A stretch of DNA of 64,000 nt, from the NCBI GenBank assembly GCA_002269645.1, contig NIVC01001095.1, positions 62,001-126,000 on the forward strand, in the 5' to 3' direction. The translations under genes and the position numbers were made by a program. This document shows, piece after piece, positions 36,842-49,533 of the stretch (the first letter of the stretch is position 1; each line of letters begins with the position of its first letter). This DNA is from Macrostomum lignano. Taxonomy: Eukaryota. Below the pieces are notes generated by a model. The model was given only the letters and a program-made list of their open reading frames with translations, had not been told where the DNA came from and made no database searches.

Positions 36842-36934
36842 TTCCACTGCCGCATCTGGGCATGTTTCCTTGATCCTCCTCGGTCTTTGTTTTTTCTTCT
36901 TTTCCCAACCCTCTTATCTCTCTCCTGAACTCTA

Positions 36935-37960
36935 CCTCATCCACTCTCTACTGCACCCCATCCGCTCTCTACTGCACCCCATCCACTCTCTATTCTACTT
37001 CCTCCGCTGTCTACTCCACCCCATCCACTCTCTACTCTACTTCCTCCGCTGTCTACTCCACCCCATCCGCTCTCTATTCTACTTCCTCCGCTGTCTACTC
37101 CACCCCATCCGCTCTCTATTCTACTTCCTCCGCTGTCTACTCCACCCCATCCACTCTCTATTCTACTTCCTCCGCTGTCTACTCCACCCCATCCGCTCTC
37201 TATTCTACTTCCTCCGCTGTCTACTCCATCTCATCCGCTCTCTATTCTACTTCCTCCGCTGTCTACTCCACCCCATCCGCTCTCTATTCTACTTCCTCCG
37301 CTGTCTACTCCATCTCATCCGCTCTCTATTCTACTTCCTCCGCTGTCTACTCCACCCCATCCGCTCTCTATTCTACTTCCTCCGCTGTCTACTCCATCTC
37401 ATCCGCTCTCTATTCTACTTCCTCCGCTGTCTACTATACCCCATCCGCTCTCTATTCTACTTCCTCCGCTGTCTACTCCACCCCATCCGCTCTCTATTCT
37501 ACTTCCTCCGCTGTCTACTCCATCTCATCCGCTCTCTATTCTACTTCCTCCGCTGTCTACTCCACCCCATCCGCTCTCTATTCTACTTCCTCCGCTGTCT
37601 ACTCCACCCCATCCGCTCTCTATTCTACTTCCTCCGCTGTCTACTCCATCTCATCCGCTCTCTATTCTACTTCCTCCGCTGTCTACTCCACCCCATCCGC
37701 TCTCTATTCTACTTCCTCCGCTGTCTACTCCACCCCATCCGCTCTCTATTCTACTTCCTCCGCTGTCTACTCCATCTCATCCGCTCTCTATTCTACTTCC
37801 TCCGCTGTCTACTCCATCTCATCCGCTCTCTATTCTACTTCCTCCGCTGTCTACTCCACCGGCCCCATCCGCTCTCTATTCTACTTCCTCCGCTGTCTAC
37901 TCCACCCCATCCGCTCTCTATTCTACTTCCTCCGCTGTCTACTCCACCCCATCCGCTCTT
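36935..37960. repeat. 42-bp minisatellite just 3' of the Dpr-like stop
   Basis: CTACTCCACCCCATCCGCTCTCTATTCTACTTCCTCCGCTGT. Confidence 0.96.
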
Positions 37961-39659
37961 TACTCCTCCTCATTCGCTCTCTAACTCCACCTCATCCACT
38001 CCTCTACTCCAGCTTCTCCGCTGTCTACCTCAACCTCCTCCCAGCACAGAAAACCTAAAAACCATACTAGACAGTTTTTTCTGATGCTTTTGCCGCCTCA
38101 AATAAATATTTGCTTTGAAAATTCAAAATTCAATAAAGACGTTGTAATAAGTGGCTTTAAAATGCGTTTTCTTATTTTGTATACTCACTCTTATAGTCGG
38201 ATTTCGTTTCATCTTGCGTTATGTCAATAAGTCTGCAACTTTGTCATATACTCGTAGTCGTATGTCATTATTCTTATTTCTCGATGAACTCATTTTCAAT
38301 CGCATTTTCATTAAATCACTGCGCAACTTCTTCTATAGCTAAACCTTATTGTTGCACAAATTTTTCTGCCATGTCGATAAATATGTTTCCTATGCTGTGT
38401 TTGGTTGACATGTTCTACAATTTTATTTTGAATTTTGAACACATTTGAAAAATATGCGTTCGATGCATGTCCAACCTTTAATTTTGTGTAGAAATCAGAA
38501 AAAATATTTTATTTTTAGGTCAAAGTATATAAGATTTAACTTTTTTTAACTATTAACTTTTTAAACCTTGCGTTGAGATCCAAGTCGATTAAGTCTGACG
38601 ATTGATATTGACTCTTACTTTGATGATACCGTATTTGCTCATTTCTATTCAAATTAAATTACATTCATGTGTTACATTGCAGTTACAAAGCTGGATAATT
38701 ACACATAACATTTGTGCATAATTATTCTCTCATATATACTAAAATGAATATCTACATAAATAATGTAGTATGTAGAAATCTAAACAAGGCGCCCTGGTGA
38801 CCGTATGCGCACCAACAGAGATCAGACTAGATAATTCTTTGAAAAACCCCTAAAAGGGCCGTTTTAACTAAATCTTTGATTGGCCGATCAGCATCCCTAG
38901 TAACTTGAACAAACATGATTATGCCCTATAACAGAATGGCCCAGGATGTTCTCTATCTTCAAAAAAGTAAAAAGCAGTGCACTGTTGTAAAATCTACACA
39001 ATTGCATGTATATATATACTGTACAATTTTCTGTTAATTGTCCTAGGCCTATAAAAACTGAAAAACTAAGTAAGTACGAATAGCCGTCAACATTACTGCT
39101 GAAGTTATCAATCTTTTTAAAAATAAGGTGCAGCCGAATCAAGCAGAGAAGATAAGTTTTGCTCATTCAAATTGGTTAATTTTGTGTGCTCGTAGGAGCC
39201 CTTAAAAGGGCCGTTTTAGTATAATAGTCTGAGTCAAAAGAATTAGTAGATTTTAAGAAAAAGCGACAGTTTATTAAAGAAAAAACGGCGATTGCCTTTA
39301 ACCATGACATCAAAATTGCTTAAAAAGCTTTCTGTGCTGTTTTTTTCTGTTTTTGGGCTTTGATGAAAGGCGCTGATTTGTCAATTAAACGATTTTAAGA
39401 AACATAAATACAAGCCCTTTGGACCATCCATTTTCCACTACCAGATCCTGGCTACGATTCTGTAACTGTATTAACTCTTAACTGTGTTATGCAATGCGAC
39501 TCCACAGTCGACGCTTAATTTATCAAGATGACTCGAAATGTTTTAAAATATTCGTTTAAACATAAACGCAGAAAAGTTTTAGCATCCTACTAGTAGTAGA
39601 GTGTAAAGAAAATTAATAAATGGCCAAGTCTAACATGCAGTACGAATGGACCGCGTTGC

Positions 39660-39748
39660 TGATTGGCTGCTCGAATTTTCAAAAATATCGATCTAGCACA
39701 AATTCTGCTTTTCAAGAGACCCCCTCAGAACTTGCCCTACCTATATAA
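39660..39748 (+). promoter_or_regulatory. H2B core promoter (inverted CCAAT box and TATA)
   Basis: ATTGG at 39662-39666 and CTATATAA at 39741-39748, about 85 nt upstream of the ATG. Confidence 0.6.
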
Positions 39749-39831
39749 TCAATTGCTCCGAAAGAAACAGCCCAACATAACATTGTTTCAACACCTTGAT
39801 AGCTTACTCTCCTAATATTTCAAATTTAACG

Positions 39832-40197
39832 ATGCCGCCGAAGGTCAGTGGTAAGGCTGCCAAGAAGGCCAGCAAGGCTAAGGCCCCGAAGACTGACAAG
39901 AAGAGGAAGCGCAGGAGGAAGGAGTCTTACGCCATCTACATCTACAAGGTCCTGCGCCAGGTGCACCCGGACACCGGCATCTCCAGCAAGGCCATGATGA
40001 TCATGAACAGCTTCGTCAACGACGTGTTCGAGCGCATCGCTGGTGAGGCCAGCCGTCTGGCCCACTACAACAAGCGCAGCACCATCAGCAGCCGGGAGAT
40101 CCAGACTGCTGTCCGCCTGCTGCTGCCTGGTGAACTGGCCAAGCACGCCGTCAGCGAGGGCACTAAGGCCGTCACCAAGTACACCAGCGCCAAGTAA
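39832..40197 (+). CDS. H2B: Histone H2B, intronless, 121 aa
   Basis: [12 protein letters not shown]...[26 protein letters not shown]...[29 protein letters not shown] at 39832. Confidence 0.99.
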   Translation: MPPKVSGKAAKKASKAKAPKTDKKRKRRRKESYAIYIYKVLRQVHPDTGISSKAMMIMNSFVNDVFERIAGEASRLAHYNKRSTISSREIQTAVRLLLPGELAKHAVSEGTKAVTKYTSAK

Positions 40198-40262
40198 AGT
40201 GACTGTCAACGTCACTCTACACTCGGCCGCGCAGCTGTAACTTTAGACTAGAACGCTAAAAC

Positions 40263-40278
40263 GGCCCTTTTCAGGGCC
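40263..40278 (+). terminator. Histone mRNA 3' stem-loop (SLBP site) with purine-rich downstream element
   Basis: GGCCCT-TTTC-AGGGCC flanked by AAAAC and ACCA, 65 nt after the H2B stop; AAAAGATG follows at about 40288. Confidence 0.95.
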
Positions 40279-40576
40279 ACCAAATCCAAAAGATGCGCGA
40301 TCGTCTTGTAAATCCAGACGTCAATCAAAACAATAGTTAAAATCTCGTTATGGATAGCATATGTAATTATACACCAACGCTGGTACATTTTTTGTATAGG
40401 CCTAATATAATGAGTACTGACTTCACTTCATCACTTTCGCACTAAATCTTCCTTTACATTTTTAGCCCTAGGCCTAATTGTGGTCTAGCAATGCAACATT
40501 GCAATAGCAAACGGTTAGTAAGGTTACATACCTAATAAATACCTATGCATCCAGTAAGCAATTAAAAAATGCACAA

Positions 40577-41232
40577 ATAAAATTAACTAGTTTAAACTAG
40601 CTTTCAGATTTGCTTTTAAAACGGCCCTTTAAAGGGCTACCAACCAACCATGTAGGCTGTACTGTCTGATATATGTTGATATCTAATTAATACAGCCAGC
40701 ATTTATTACATGCTCTCAGCACCGTCTTAACCAGGATTAGCGGTGTCCGAAATTGCTAAGATGTCTAAGTGAATTTTAAAGATCTTTGCTCTTAACCTCA
40801 GTTTGTGGTCTGCGTCTTAAATTGGTTGCAACTTGCAGCTCTTCGACTTCGTCTCAGTCTTGCATTTGAGTCTGAGACAATAGAAGTAAGTTAAGAAATT
40901 TGTTAGTCAATTTAAACGCGCAACAAGTTTCGCAAAAAAATCCCAAAATGACTTCATCTTCCAGCAAGTATGATTCAATGGTTGTAACTTTCAGTGATGG
41001 TTAAGTTCGGAGTTCAGTGTATTCTATAGTGCAGTTTTATGCATCCATATTATTCAAAGCTTTAACAGCTGGTAACTACACTGGTGAAATAGCAAATAAT
41101 TCAGAATTGAAATATTGCATGCAAAAAGTTTTAAAGCTGTGGAGCGCAGTAAGCTACGTGTAAATGTGTTGTTTGCGTTTGTAAAAAGCTTAAAAATGCT
41201 TACAGATCAATATCTTAACTTGGAAAAATTGT
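40577..41232 (+). repeat. Segmental duplicate, copy 1 (about 650 bp)
   Basis: Colinear high similarity to 47325-48960 once the MITE is removed; begins with a histone-type stem-loop variant. Confidence 0.9.
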
Positions 41233-41599
41233 CGCTAATTGTATCCCCCACTTGCCCCGGGCGAACGTCTTATGGGGCCCGTGCTATAGAATCAGGAGCT
41301 AGGACTCAAGACTACTCTTGACAAGGAGTGAATTTTGTGTGCTATAGATTTCAGGAGTTAAGACTTAGGAGCTAGGAGTTCTTGCAAGGAGTGCAGCCTA
41401 GGAGTGGGGTGTGTGTTCAAGGAGTGTTGCGCAATCGTTTAAGGATGATAGAGAATTGTGTGCTATATCACAATCCTAACTTTACGCTCCTTAAGGATTG
41501 AATCTCAGGAGTGAAGATGAAAATTGCTCAAAAAATATCATTTGTGAGAGCTGTCGCTGCACGCAAAGAGGTTCTCTTTGGTGCGTTTAGTAGAACCAT

Positions 41600-44500
41600 C
41601 CCAGTGGCAAAGCCGAGCTCGGCGGGTTGACGGCGGTTCTAGCTCGGGCCGACGACCTCGGGCCGAGGTCGGCTGACCGCGGTAATGCCGAGTAGCTTTG
41701 CACTATACTTTCTATTTAGCTTATTATAAAGCTTATATTGCTTCTTGCAGATTGACTACATGTAGGTGCCACTTTCACTTTCTATAGAATTTTACTGTAC
41801 ATGTACAATTCGGTATTACATGAAAAAGAAAAGGTGAATGGGAAAACGACATGACACGAATTGAAACCATCGAGTTAAAGATCTCATGTCATTCCTAGCA
41901 TGTTAGTGCATTGCAGTGGTAATGTACGCTCGTATATGAGCCTAGTTATGGTGAGCCTTTAGTATAACTAGTTAATTGATTTCCCCTCGGAATTAGATAC
42001 ATATCCACCAGACTCAGTTCTCTGACCCAACAAATATACAACCAACAGCCATGTTCAGGATTAAATGATTGTGAAATAAGACAACGATTTAGAAGTTAAA
42101 ATAATTGAATTAAAAGAACACCGCAACAGTAAATCCACCACAAGCACACTAGTGTATTATCAAATGATAATAATGATACAAGATTAACTTTTCAACCAAT
42201 AAGCAAGAAAACAGAGAAAAAGTAGCTAAACAGCTGAAAACAGAGGTTGAGTTAAGGGTTGCGATACGGATTTGGTTGAGCATTTATTAACATTATAAAC
42301 TGTAAAGACTTCACTTTAGATTGTAGAACGAGACGCTTGATACGAGGAAAGCGACTGCAATTTATATTGTAAATATTGAGCACGATACATGCATTGGGTG
42401 TAAGAGGCTTAAGGGTGGAGAGCAAGAGCGGCCAGAATGCAGAGCGCACATAAGAATGTACAGCGAAATATCGCAGAAGGGAGTACGCAGCGAAACTGGT
42501 AAAAAACCACCTCAAAACACGGAGTAAAAACAAGTGATGGGTTTCGACCTTCGGGCTCCTTGTTAGGGAAGCCTTCAGGCCTCAGGCTCAGAAATAAATC
42601 AATTAGAGACCTTGGCCCCCACTCCTGTCAGATGGTCAGCCCCATGGTAGCTTGATCGTGTGGCGAGCAGTCTAGGTCCTATAGCTAAGAGAGGGACAGC
42701 GAGAGACGAGCAGGGAGAATTTTGAAAGTAGAAATTAGCTAATCCGCAGATCAACTAACTTGCTGCCACCAGCCCGTGCGCCCTGGCTCACCACACCGGG
42801 ACTCTCGAAATCGGGCTTCCGACTATGAAGGGGCTTTGCACTTACCTGCCAACTAGTGTCTTTTTGCTGTCAATCTCGAAGTCATAGCCGATGATAAGGG
42901 ACACTGCTGGGACTAGATCGCGTTGGCCATGCAGGTACAGAGGGGACTTGTGCAGGGGATTCTTGCGGTGGCGAGTCTATGAGGTAGCTACATGTACTAT
43001 TACATTGCTAAATACGAAGATATGTACTTTTAGCCTTCAACGCGCCAACTAGCCTCTCATAGCGCTGATGATAGGCTAACTCGAACTTCAGAGACCGCAT
43101 GATTCATTTACCCGAGCCGCTTGGCTACCCTAGAGTGCACAAAGTACATCTCTGGCGCCGATTCTGCACTTTTGGCAGTTTTGCTCACTGATTTGTTAGA
43201 TTGGTCGACTGAGAACTGCCTTGCCATGGGTCCACTGTGACCGGCGCCTACTAGCTTAGCTACTCATCTGAGCCATCGGCGAACAAAGAAATAAAGCCGA
43301 CAAAGATAACTGTTAGATTTAACCTTCTCCTTAATTCACTTCACACTTTAGATTGAATTGGAGTCTTAGACTACTAGCAGTATTATTGAATGATTCCTGC
43401 CTCAGCAACAGCACTACTGAACAAAATGAGCAAAAGTGTGCGCCTAATTCAGCTACTGCAACAGGGGACAGAAAAGGGATCACCCAATCAAGCAAGTCTA
43501 GGTAGCCTCTCACCCAACCAATCAGAAACTCAACAGCCGGAGACCAGGTATTCCACAGTGACCGAATCGGCTCGATGCTCTGCAGCTGTAGACTCGGGAT
43601 GATGCTGTCACAATCTTCGCTGTTAGCTAGCAGGTGATGCTCTTAACTGGATGTTCGCTTCTGTCGACCGGGGGACTCGTCCTTGATGATGATGGGGGAA
43701 GTTGCAATCCGGGGATCAAGAAACGACGGTCGTGCTCCGGGAACCAGAAGTTGCGCGCTGGGCCCGAGCCAAAGTAAGAAGAAGTTGCGTCCGAGCGGGG
43801 CAAAAACTCCGGTTTAAATAGCCGCCAACTGGACCGCAGTTTGTTATAACGGAACACGTCGATTCTGATTGGCTGAGCCGTTTTGTTAAAATGAGCGCCG
43901 AATTTTCTGATTGGCTAAGCTCGTTGCTACCCAGAATCACGTGACCGAGAGATCCTATCAGTTCCCACAGGGTCGTAAAAAGATGACAGGTGCGGCCATA
44001 AATCACTCAAAATCGCAACAAAATGATTTATGACTTTTCGCGTAGGATTGACAGAAATTAATGAAAAAATATACATTAGAAAGCTCTTATTAAATAGAAA
44101 GTGAAGATAATGAAGAGAAATCGCTAATCGCTAATCCCAAGGTACTTTTAGGGGTAAAACGCATAGCTGTCAAAGCTGTCACACGCTTGAGTGAATCCGA
44201 ACAATAGGCTCTGACCTCATAAATCTTGATGGCCTGTCAAAATGATGAGAAAAAAGCTACCGCCCGCATCCTCTCAGACCATCTGGCGCCCGCTTCAACA
44301 CTGAGTGAGGCGCAGGTGGCTGTCAGATCAGCTTCGAAAGCGATGATTTATGACCCAAAAAGCTGCGCCTATGTTATTATGACTACTAGTATGGCCAGAC
44401 ATTATATCTAGAATAGATTCTATGAAAATTCGCAGAAAAAGGATAAAAATGCCCACTGCTCACTGTTAGTAGGCAAGTAAGTTTAGAGCCCAAGTGCTAG

Positions 44501-46744
44501 CGCGGGATTTGGGAAAAAGTGCGTCCTCATCACAAGCTAACAAAACAAACAACAATTCGCCCAGCCAAGTCACCACACTCCTCCCCACAAAGATTAAGCG
44601 TTAGATAAAAACGGGAATAAAAGACGCAAATCAGTTTACAGTCCATAGAGGAACAGTCCATAGTCACTGGTAGCGCAGCCGGTCAGCTTAAGCTCTTGCC
44701 CTGGTCGAACGTCAAAGTGGCGCCGCAGAGCTCAACTCTGGCGCCTGGCCAGGCGTCTCCGCAGGGGCCTCTGGTTGATCGTCAGGCACCTCGGCACATA
44801 GCGGTTGCTCAACTTTGGAAGGCGCCGCAGGCACTTGATTGATGTGCCGATGGACCTCTCGACCATCGTCAAACTGGCAAGAGACACAGCCCTGGAGCAG
44901 TCGGTCAGAACAGCAGGCTTCCAGCTGCCATCAGCAGCAAAGTCCCTCGCAACGACTGCGTTGCCCATCTCAATGTGGTGGTCATGGGCATGGGTGTCGT
45001 GCTGCTGCTTCTGGATCGCTTGTGGGTAGCCTTAGAATCTCGCCCCATTTTCTCAAAGTGTTGTATCTAGAACATCAAGGGGGTTAGAATTGAAGCCATA
45101 TGATGAAAAAGTAAAAAAATTGGAATCAAATACATAAATGGAAAACACAAAACTGATACCCAAATCTGGCCTGCAGTGCAAAACTGATGCCAAATATGGC
45201 ATAGGGCCCTAGTATATAAAAATAGCATTAATATCTAGTCTATGGTGCAAAAATAAAGTAAAAACCTATAATAGTAAAATAAGTATACTATAGTTGTACT
45301 AAAAAGTCATTAGAAAAACAATATAGTATAATATGAATACTATGAATCTATTCAAAAGAGTAAAAAATTGGCATATATAGCAAAATTACATTAAATTGCC
45401 TGCCATAAAATGCACAATTGGCATTATATCCTGGCCCATAGTACATAAACAATGTCTTAAATTAACTGATAGTATGTAATTCATGATGGCATTGCCATAG
45501 ACAAATAAAAAAATAAGAAGCTAGACCTAATATAGTAGGGATAAAAATATCATAGGAGCCTAAAAATCTGGCTTTATTTAGGCCATTTTAGACTTTTCAA
45601 ATCACAGGATTTATGACCTAAGCTAGATATCATTCCTACAGTTAAGTTATGGTAACTCCTATTGCAATCCTATACTTTTCAACATTTTATCATGAAAATA
45701 TGCTTTTTGTAGATAAATTGTTTAGTAAAATTTCCATTTAAGAATCTTGAGCTAAGTCGAGGATTTGGGACGCGACAAGAAATTCTTCTCCTCGGATTTA
45801 TTCACTTTTAACTCCTAGATAACTATTTGATGGCCATTCTGAAAATAGCTGGTGAATTGCCATCGTAATATGTCTAATTATCATTAATGAAAACATATTT
45901 CATACGCCTATTCATAAATTGTAAGCAAATCTTCATTAAACCCAAAAAAGCAAGTTTACATTGCATTACAGTGTAGCTATAGTTCAATTAGTTACGGCTT
46001 AACTGTAAGACTAAGTATGTCTCTGGAATTTTTGCCGAAACATCTAAATGCTTCCAAAGAACGTGTAATAAAAATAATAACTAAGAAGCTAAATGAATTG
46101 CCACGTTAAAAAGAGCTAGACACTGTTTACAATTGACTTGACCTGCACGGGAGCAATATATTCAAATGAATGGCAAAAAATGAGCAATAATTACGCCTTA
46201 AGTAAATTCTAAAGCAGTTAATTATTTATTTATATTTTTACTAACGAAGCTATGTTCTTTTATCTGGTAAATTACTCATATATATAATTGTTAAAATCCA
46301 GTACTTCGAATTTTCCGTACCTATAACGCATGCACTTCATGGTCGTCTCGAAGGAGAATAAATCCATAAAAGTCAAATCACCTACTCAACGAGGAAACTA
46401 ATTCAGTAAAAACACAATTAGTATGTGTAAAAAGCACATTACACCACTTTGGTGGATCAAAAGTGCTGTATGATTGCGTTGTTTTTGTTTATTGCAAAAG
46501 AGTCACTTTTTCAGTGTAAATTATTCATCTATATTTATGCGGGGTTTTTTTTAATCATATTGAATTCATTAGCGTAGGTAAATTCTGCTTAATTGATTAA
46601 AACTTTTAATCGGTTAACGGCGCGGCACCCCGAGGTTCTACCGAGTTCGGGCCGACGTCGGCTGGCCGACTTTAGTATGGCCGATCGAATGCCGAGTGGC
46701 CGACGTCGGCCCGAGCTCGGACCGAGCTCGGCTTTGCCACTGGG
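41600..46744. mobile_element. CMC (CACTA/EnSpm-like) non-autonomous element
   Basis: Perfect 23-bp TIR CCCAGTGGCAAAGCCGAGCTCGG; 2-bp AT flanks; palindromic subterminal motifs CCGAGCTCGG and GCCGACGTCGGC; no transposase ORF seen. Confidence 0.75.
44560..45020 (-). pseudogene. Relic 3' end of a Mag-like Gypsy element (integrase tail, PPT, start of 3' LTR)
   Basis: IQKQQHDTHAHDHHIEMGNAVVARDFAADGSWKPAVLTD aligns with LQKEQHDAHAHDRRINVGDSVLARDFASDGCWRPATVTD of the intact element, then frameshifts. GGGGAGGAG|TGTGGTGACTTG at 44577 resembles the intact LTR start TGTGATGACTTG. Confidence 0.8.
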
Positions 46745-47324
46745 ATAACTAAATGCGAAGAATTGCTATGTGCACCGTGTTGGATGTTCGATTCTGTGTC
46801 GAATTCTATCTGTTAGGCTTGAAAGCTGGATCTCGTTGAGTCAAAAACGCATAGCACTCTCGGCTGGATCTTCTTCAAAAAATTAATTCTTGCCTTAAAT
46901 TGTCGACAGCGTCCATCATTGACTCCTTCCTCATCAGAATCCGATTCGCTGTCCGAAACATTATAATCCCAGCTTGTCTAAGAGTGAAAATTGGCCCTTG
47001 AACTCTTGCTTAGGAGTCAAGAGTTTGGAGCGAAATTTTCTCACTCTATAGGACACGCGCTCCTAGAATCACTCCTAAAAGCCAACTCCTAGCTCCTAGA
47101 CTTCTTCTCCTAATTCCATAGCATGCCACGGAACTTAATGAGTTCTCCTAAATTCACCCAAGAGTCTCCTAACGTCCTTAAGGAGCCTCCTAGCTCTTAA
47201 AATTTACTCTTGATTCTATAGCACAGAAAAGCCAGCTGGGAGCTAGGAGTTAGGACACTCATAAGGATTTAGGAGTTAAGAGTATTCTATAGCACGGGCC
47301 CATGGTCTCAGTGTAAATTTCATA

Positions 47325-48960
47325 AAATAAACTAGTTTAAACTTTGCTTTTAAAACGGCCCTTTGAAGGGCCACCCAACCCATAAAGACAAGTGTAGGCT
47401 GTACTGTCTAATATCTGTCAACATCCACTGTGTTAATAATTAATACAGCAAGCATTTATTACATGCTCTCAGCACCGCCTTAGCCAGGATTAGCCGGTGT
47501 CCGAAATTGCTAAGATGTCAAAGTGAAATTCAAAAATCTTTGCTCCAACCTCAGTTTGTGGTCTGCGTCTTTATTAGTTGCAACTTGCAGCTGAAAAAAT
47601 TCCCAATATGACTTCATCTTCCAGCAGGGGCGTAGCCAGAGGGGGGCAAGGGGGGCCGTGGCCCCCCCCAATCACCAACTCTGGCCTTGGCGCCCCCCCC
47701 CCCCTAAAAGAAACTGGCGCCCCCCCCCTATAAGAAACTGGCGCCCCCCCTATATAAGAAACTGGCGCCCCCCCTAAAAGAAACTGGCGCCCCCCCCTAT
47801 AAGAAACTGGCGCCCCCCCCCTATAAGAAACTGGCGCCCCCCCCATAAGAAACTGGCGCCCCCCCCCTATATAAGAAACTGGCGCCCCCCCTAAAAGAAA
47901 CTGGCGCCCCCCTAAAAGAAACTGGCGCCCCCCCTAAAAGAAACTGGCGCCCCCCCCCTATAAGAAACTGGCGCCCCCCCCCTAAAAGAAACTGGCGCCC
48001 CCCCCCTAAAAGAAACTGGCGCCCCCCCCCTAAAAGAAACTGGCGCCCCCCTAAAAGAAACTGGCGCCCCCCCTAAAAGAAACTGGCGCCCCCCCCCCCC
48101 CTAAAAGAAACTGATGCCCCCCCCCCTAAAAAAAACTGGCGCCCCCCCCCTAAAAGAAACTGGCGCCCCCCCCTAAAAAAAACTGGCGCCCCCCTATAAG
48201 AAACTGGCGCCCCCCCCCATAAGAAACTGGCGCCCCCCCCCCTATATAAGAAACTGGCGCCCCCCCTAAAAGAAACTGGCGCCCCCCCTAAAAGAAACTG
48301 GCGCCCCCCTAAAAGAAACTGGCGCCCCCCCCCCCTATAAGAAACTGGCGCCCCCCCCCTAAAAGAAACTGGCGCCCCCCCCTAAAAGAAACTGGCGCCC
48401 CCCCCCTAAAAGAAACTGGCGCCCCCCCTAAAAGAAACTGGCGCCCCCCTAAAAGAAACTGGCGCCCCCCCCCCCTAAAAGAAACTGATGCCCCCCCCCC
48501 CTAAAAAAAACTGGCGCCCCCCCCCTAAAAGAAACTGGCGCCCCCCCCTAAAAAAAACTGGCGCCCCCCTATAAGAAACTGGCGCCCCCCCCTAAAAGAA
48601 ACTGGCGCCCCCCTATAAGAAGCTGGCGCCCCCTAACTCACGGCCCCCCCCCCAATTAAAATTCCTGGCTACGCCCCTGTCTTCCAGCAAGTATGATTCA
48701 ATGGTTGTAACTTTCGGTGATGGTTAAGTTCGGAGTTCAGTGTATTCTATAGTGCAGTTTTATGCATCCATATTATTCAAAGCTTTAACAGCTGGTAACT
48801 ACACTGGTGAAAAAGCAAATAATTCAGAATTGAAATTTTGCATGACAAAGTTTTAAAGCTGTGGAGCGCAGTAAGCTACGTGAAAATGTGTTGTTTGCGT
48901 CTTTTTGTAAAAAACTTTTAAAAATGCTAACAGATCAATATCTTAACTTGGAAAAATTGT
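47325..48960 (+). repeat. Segmental duplicate, copy 2 (interrupted by the hAT MITE)
   Basis: Shares long blocks such as GCATTTATTACATGCTCTCAGCACCG and AAGTATGATTCAATGGTTGTAAC with copy 1. Confidence 0.9.
47625..48679. mobile_element. hAT-type MITE with internal tandem repeat (AAAGAAACTGGCGC + variable C-run)
   Basis: 15-bp TIR CAGGGGCGTAGCCAG; 8-bp TSD TCTTCCAG (47617-47624, 48680-48687); the empty site is present in the paralogous copy near 40937. Confidence 0.92.
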
Positions 48961-49533
48961 GTCACTCATTTGATTGGGAAAAAACTACTACCAAAAACAC
49001 GAATCAATAAACAGGCAGCAGTTTCATACACGATTGCAATTTCTGTCTATGATGTAAACTTAAGAAGAAGTGAAGTTATAAAATTAAAAAATTTGCACTA
49101 AGGTCCAAGGTTCCTGGTTATTTGATATAGACTCCTACTCGTATGCCAAATACAAGTACATGTAGAAGAGGTAAAAACAACACATAATTAATTTATAGAT
49201 TGCAAAAATTAAATCGAAGAAAAATATCACGGAAAAGAGATTGCTTGGAAATTGTACGAATGAACAGGGAAACTTAATTAACAATTATATATCGATCATG
49301 ATCGTTTCAGACTAGATAAGGAACTAAAAATGAAAATCCTTGTGTACTAAATATCGAATGTTGCTAAAAATAGAAGCAGGAAATCCCGATAATATCTGTA
49401 ATTGATTTTTGAAATAATAATTTCTAGTACATATGTACTTTCTATCAAAGCTTGTCAACGAAAGAAATCAGCACAATTCTACAACTGGAAATTATGCAAG
49501 TGTAAACTACTGTGCATGTAATTACACTATAAA

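Larger units (their letters stand above)
41275..47301. mobile_element. PIF/Harbinger-like TIR element (non-autonomous), host to nested insertions
   Basis: Perfect 18-bp TIR GGGCCCGTGCTATAGAAT at 41275 and ending at 47301; 3-bp direct repeat ATG on both flanks; subterminal TAGGAG-rich repeats. Confidence 0.75.

Noticed and set aside
39217-39650. Expected divergent H2A gene
   Set aside because: No histone-like ORF on either strand; a KAQKQKK stretch is too short to count as a relic.
39796-39831. Upstream TTG start for H2B given in the ORF track (likewise TTG 15063 for gag-pol)
   Set aside because: In-frame ATGs at 39832 and 15036 give the normal N-termini.
42536-42595. Hammerhead/Penelope-like motif on the minus strand (CTGAAGG...CGAAAC)
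   Set aside because: The core reads CUGAAGG rather than CUGANGA and the stems do not close properly; the CTGATGA at ~43065 is followed by GAAC, not GAAA.
42646-42680. tRNA-Leu-like 5' stretch (GGTAGC...GTGGCGAGCAGTCTAGG)
   Set aside because: No B box, T arm or cloverleaf downstream.
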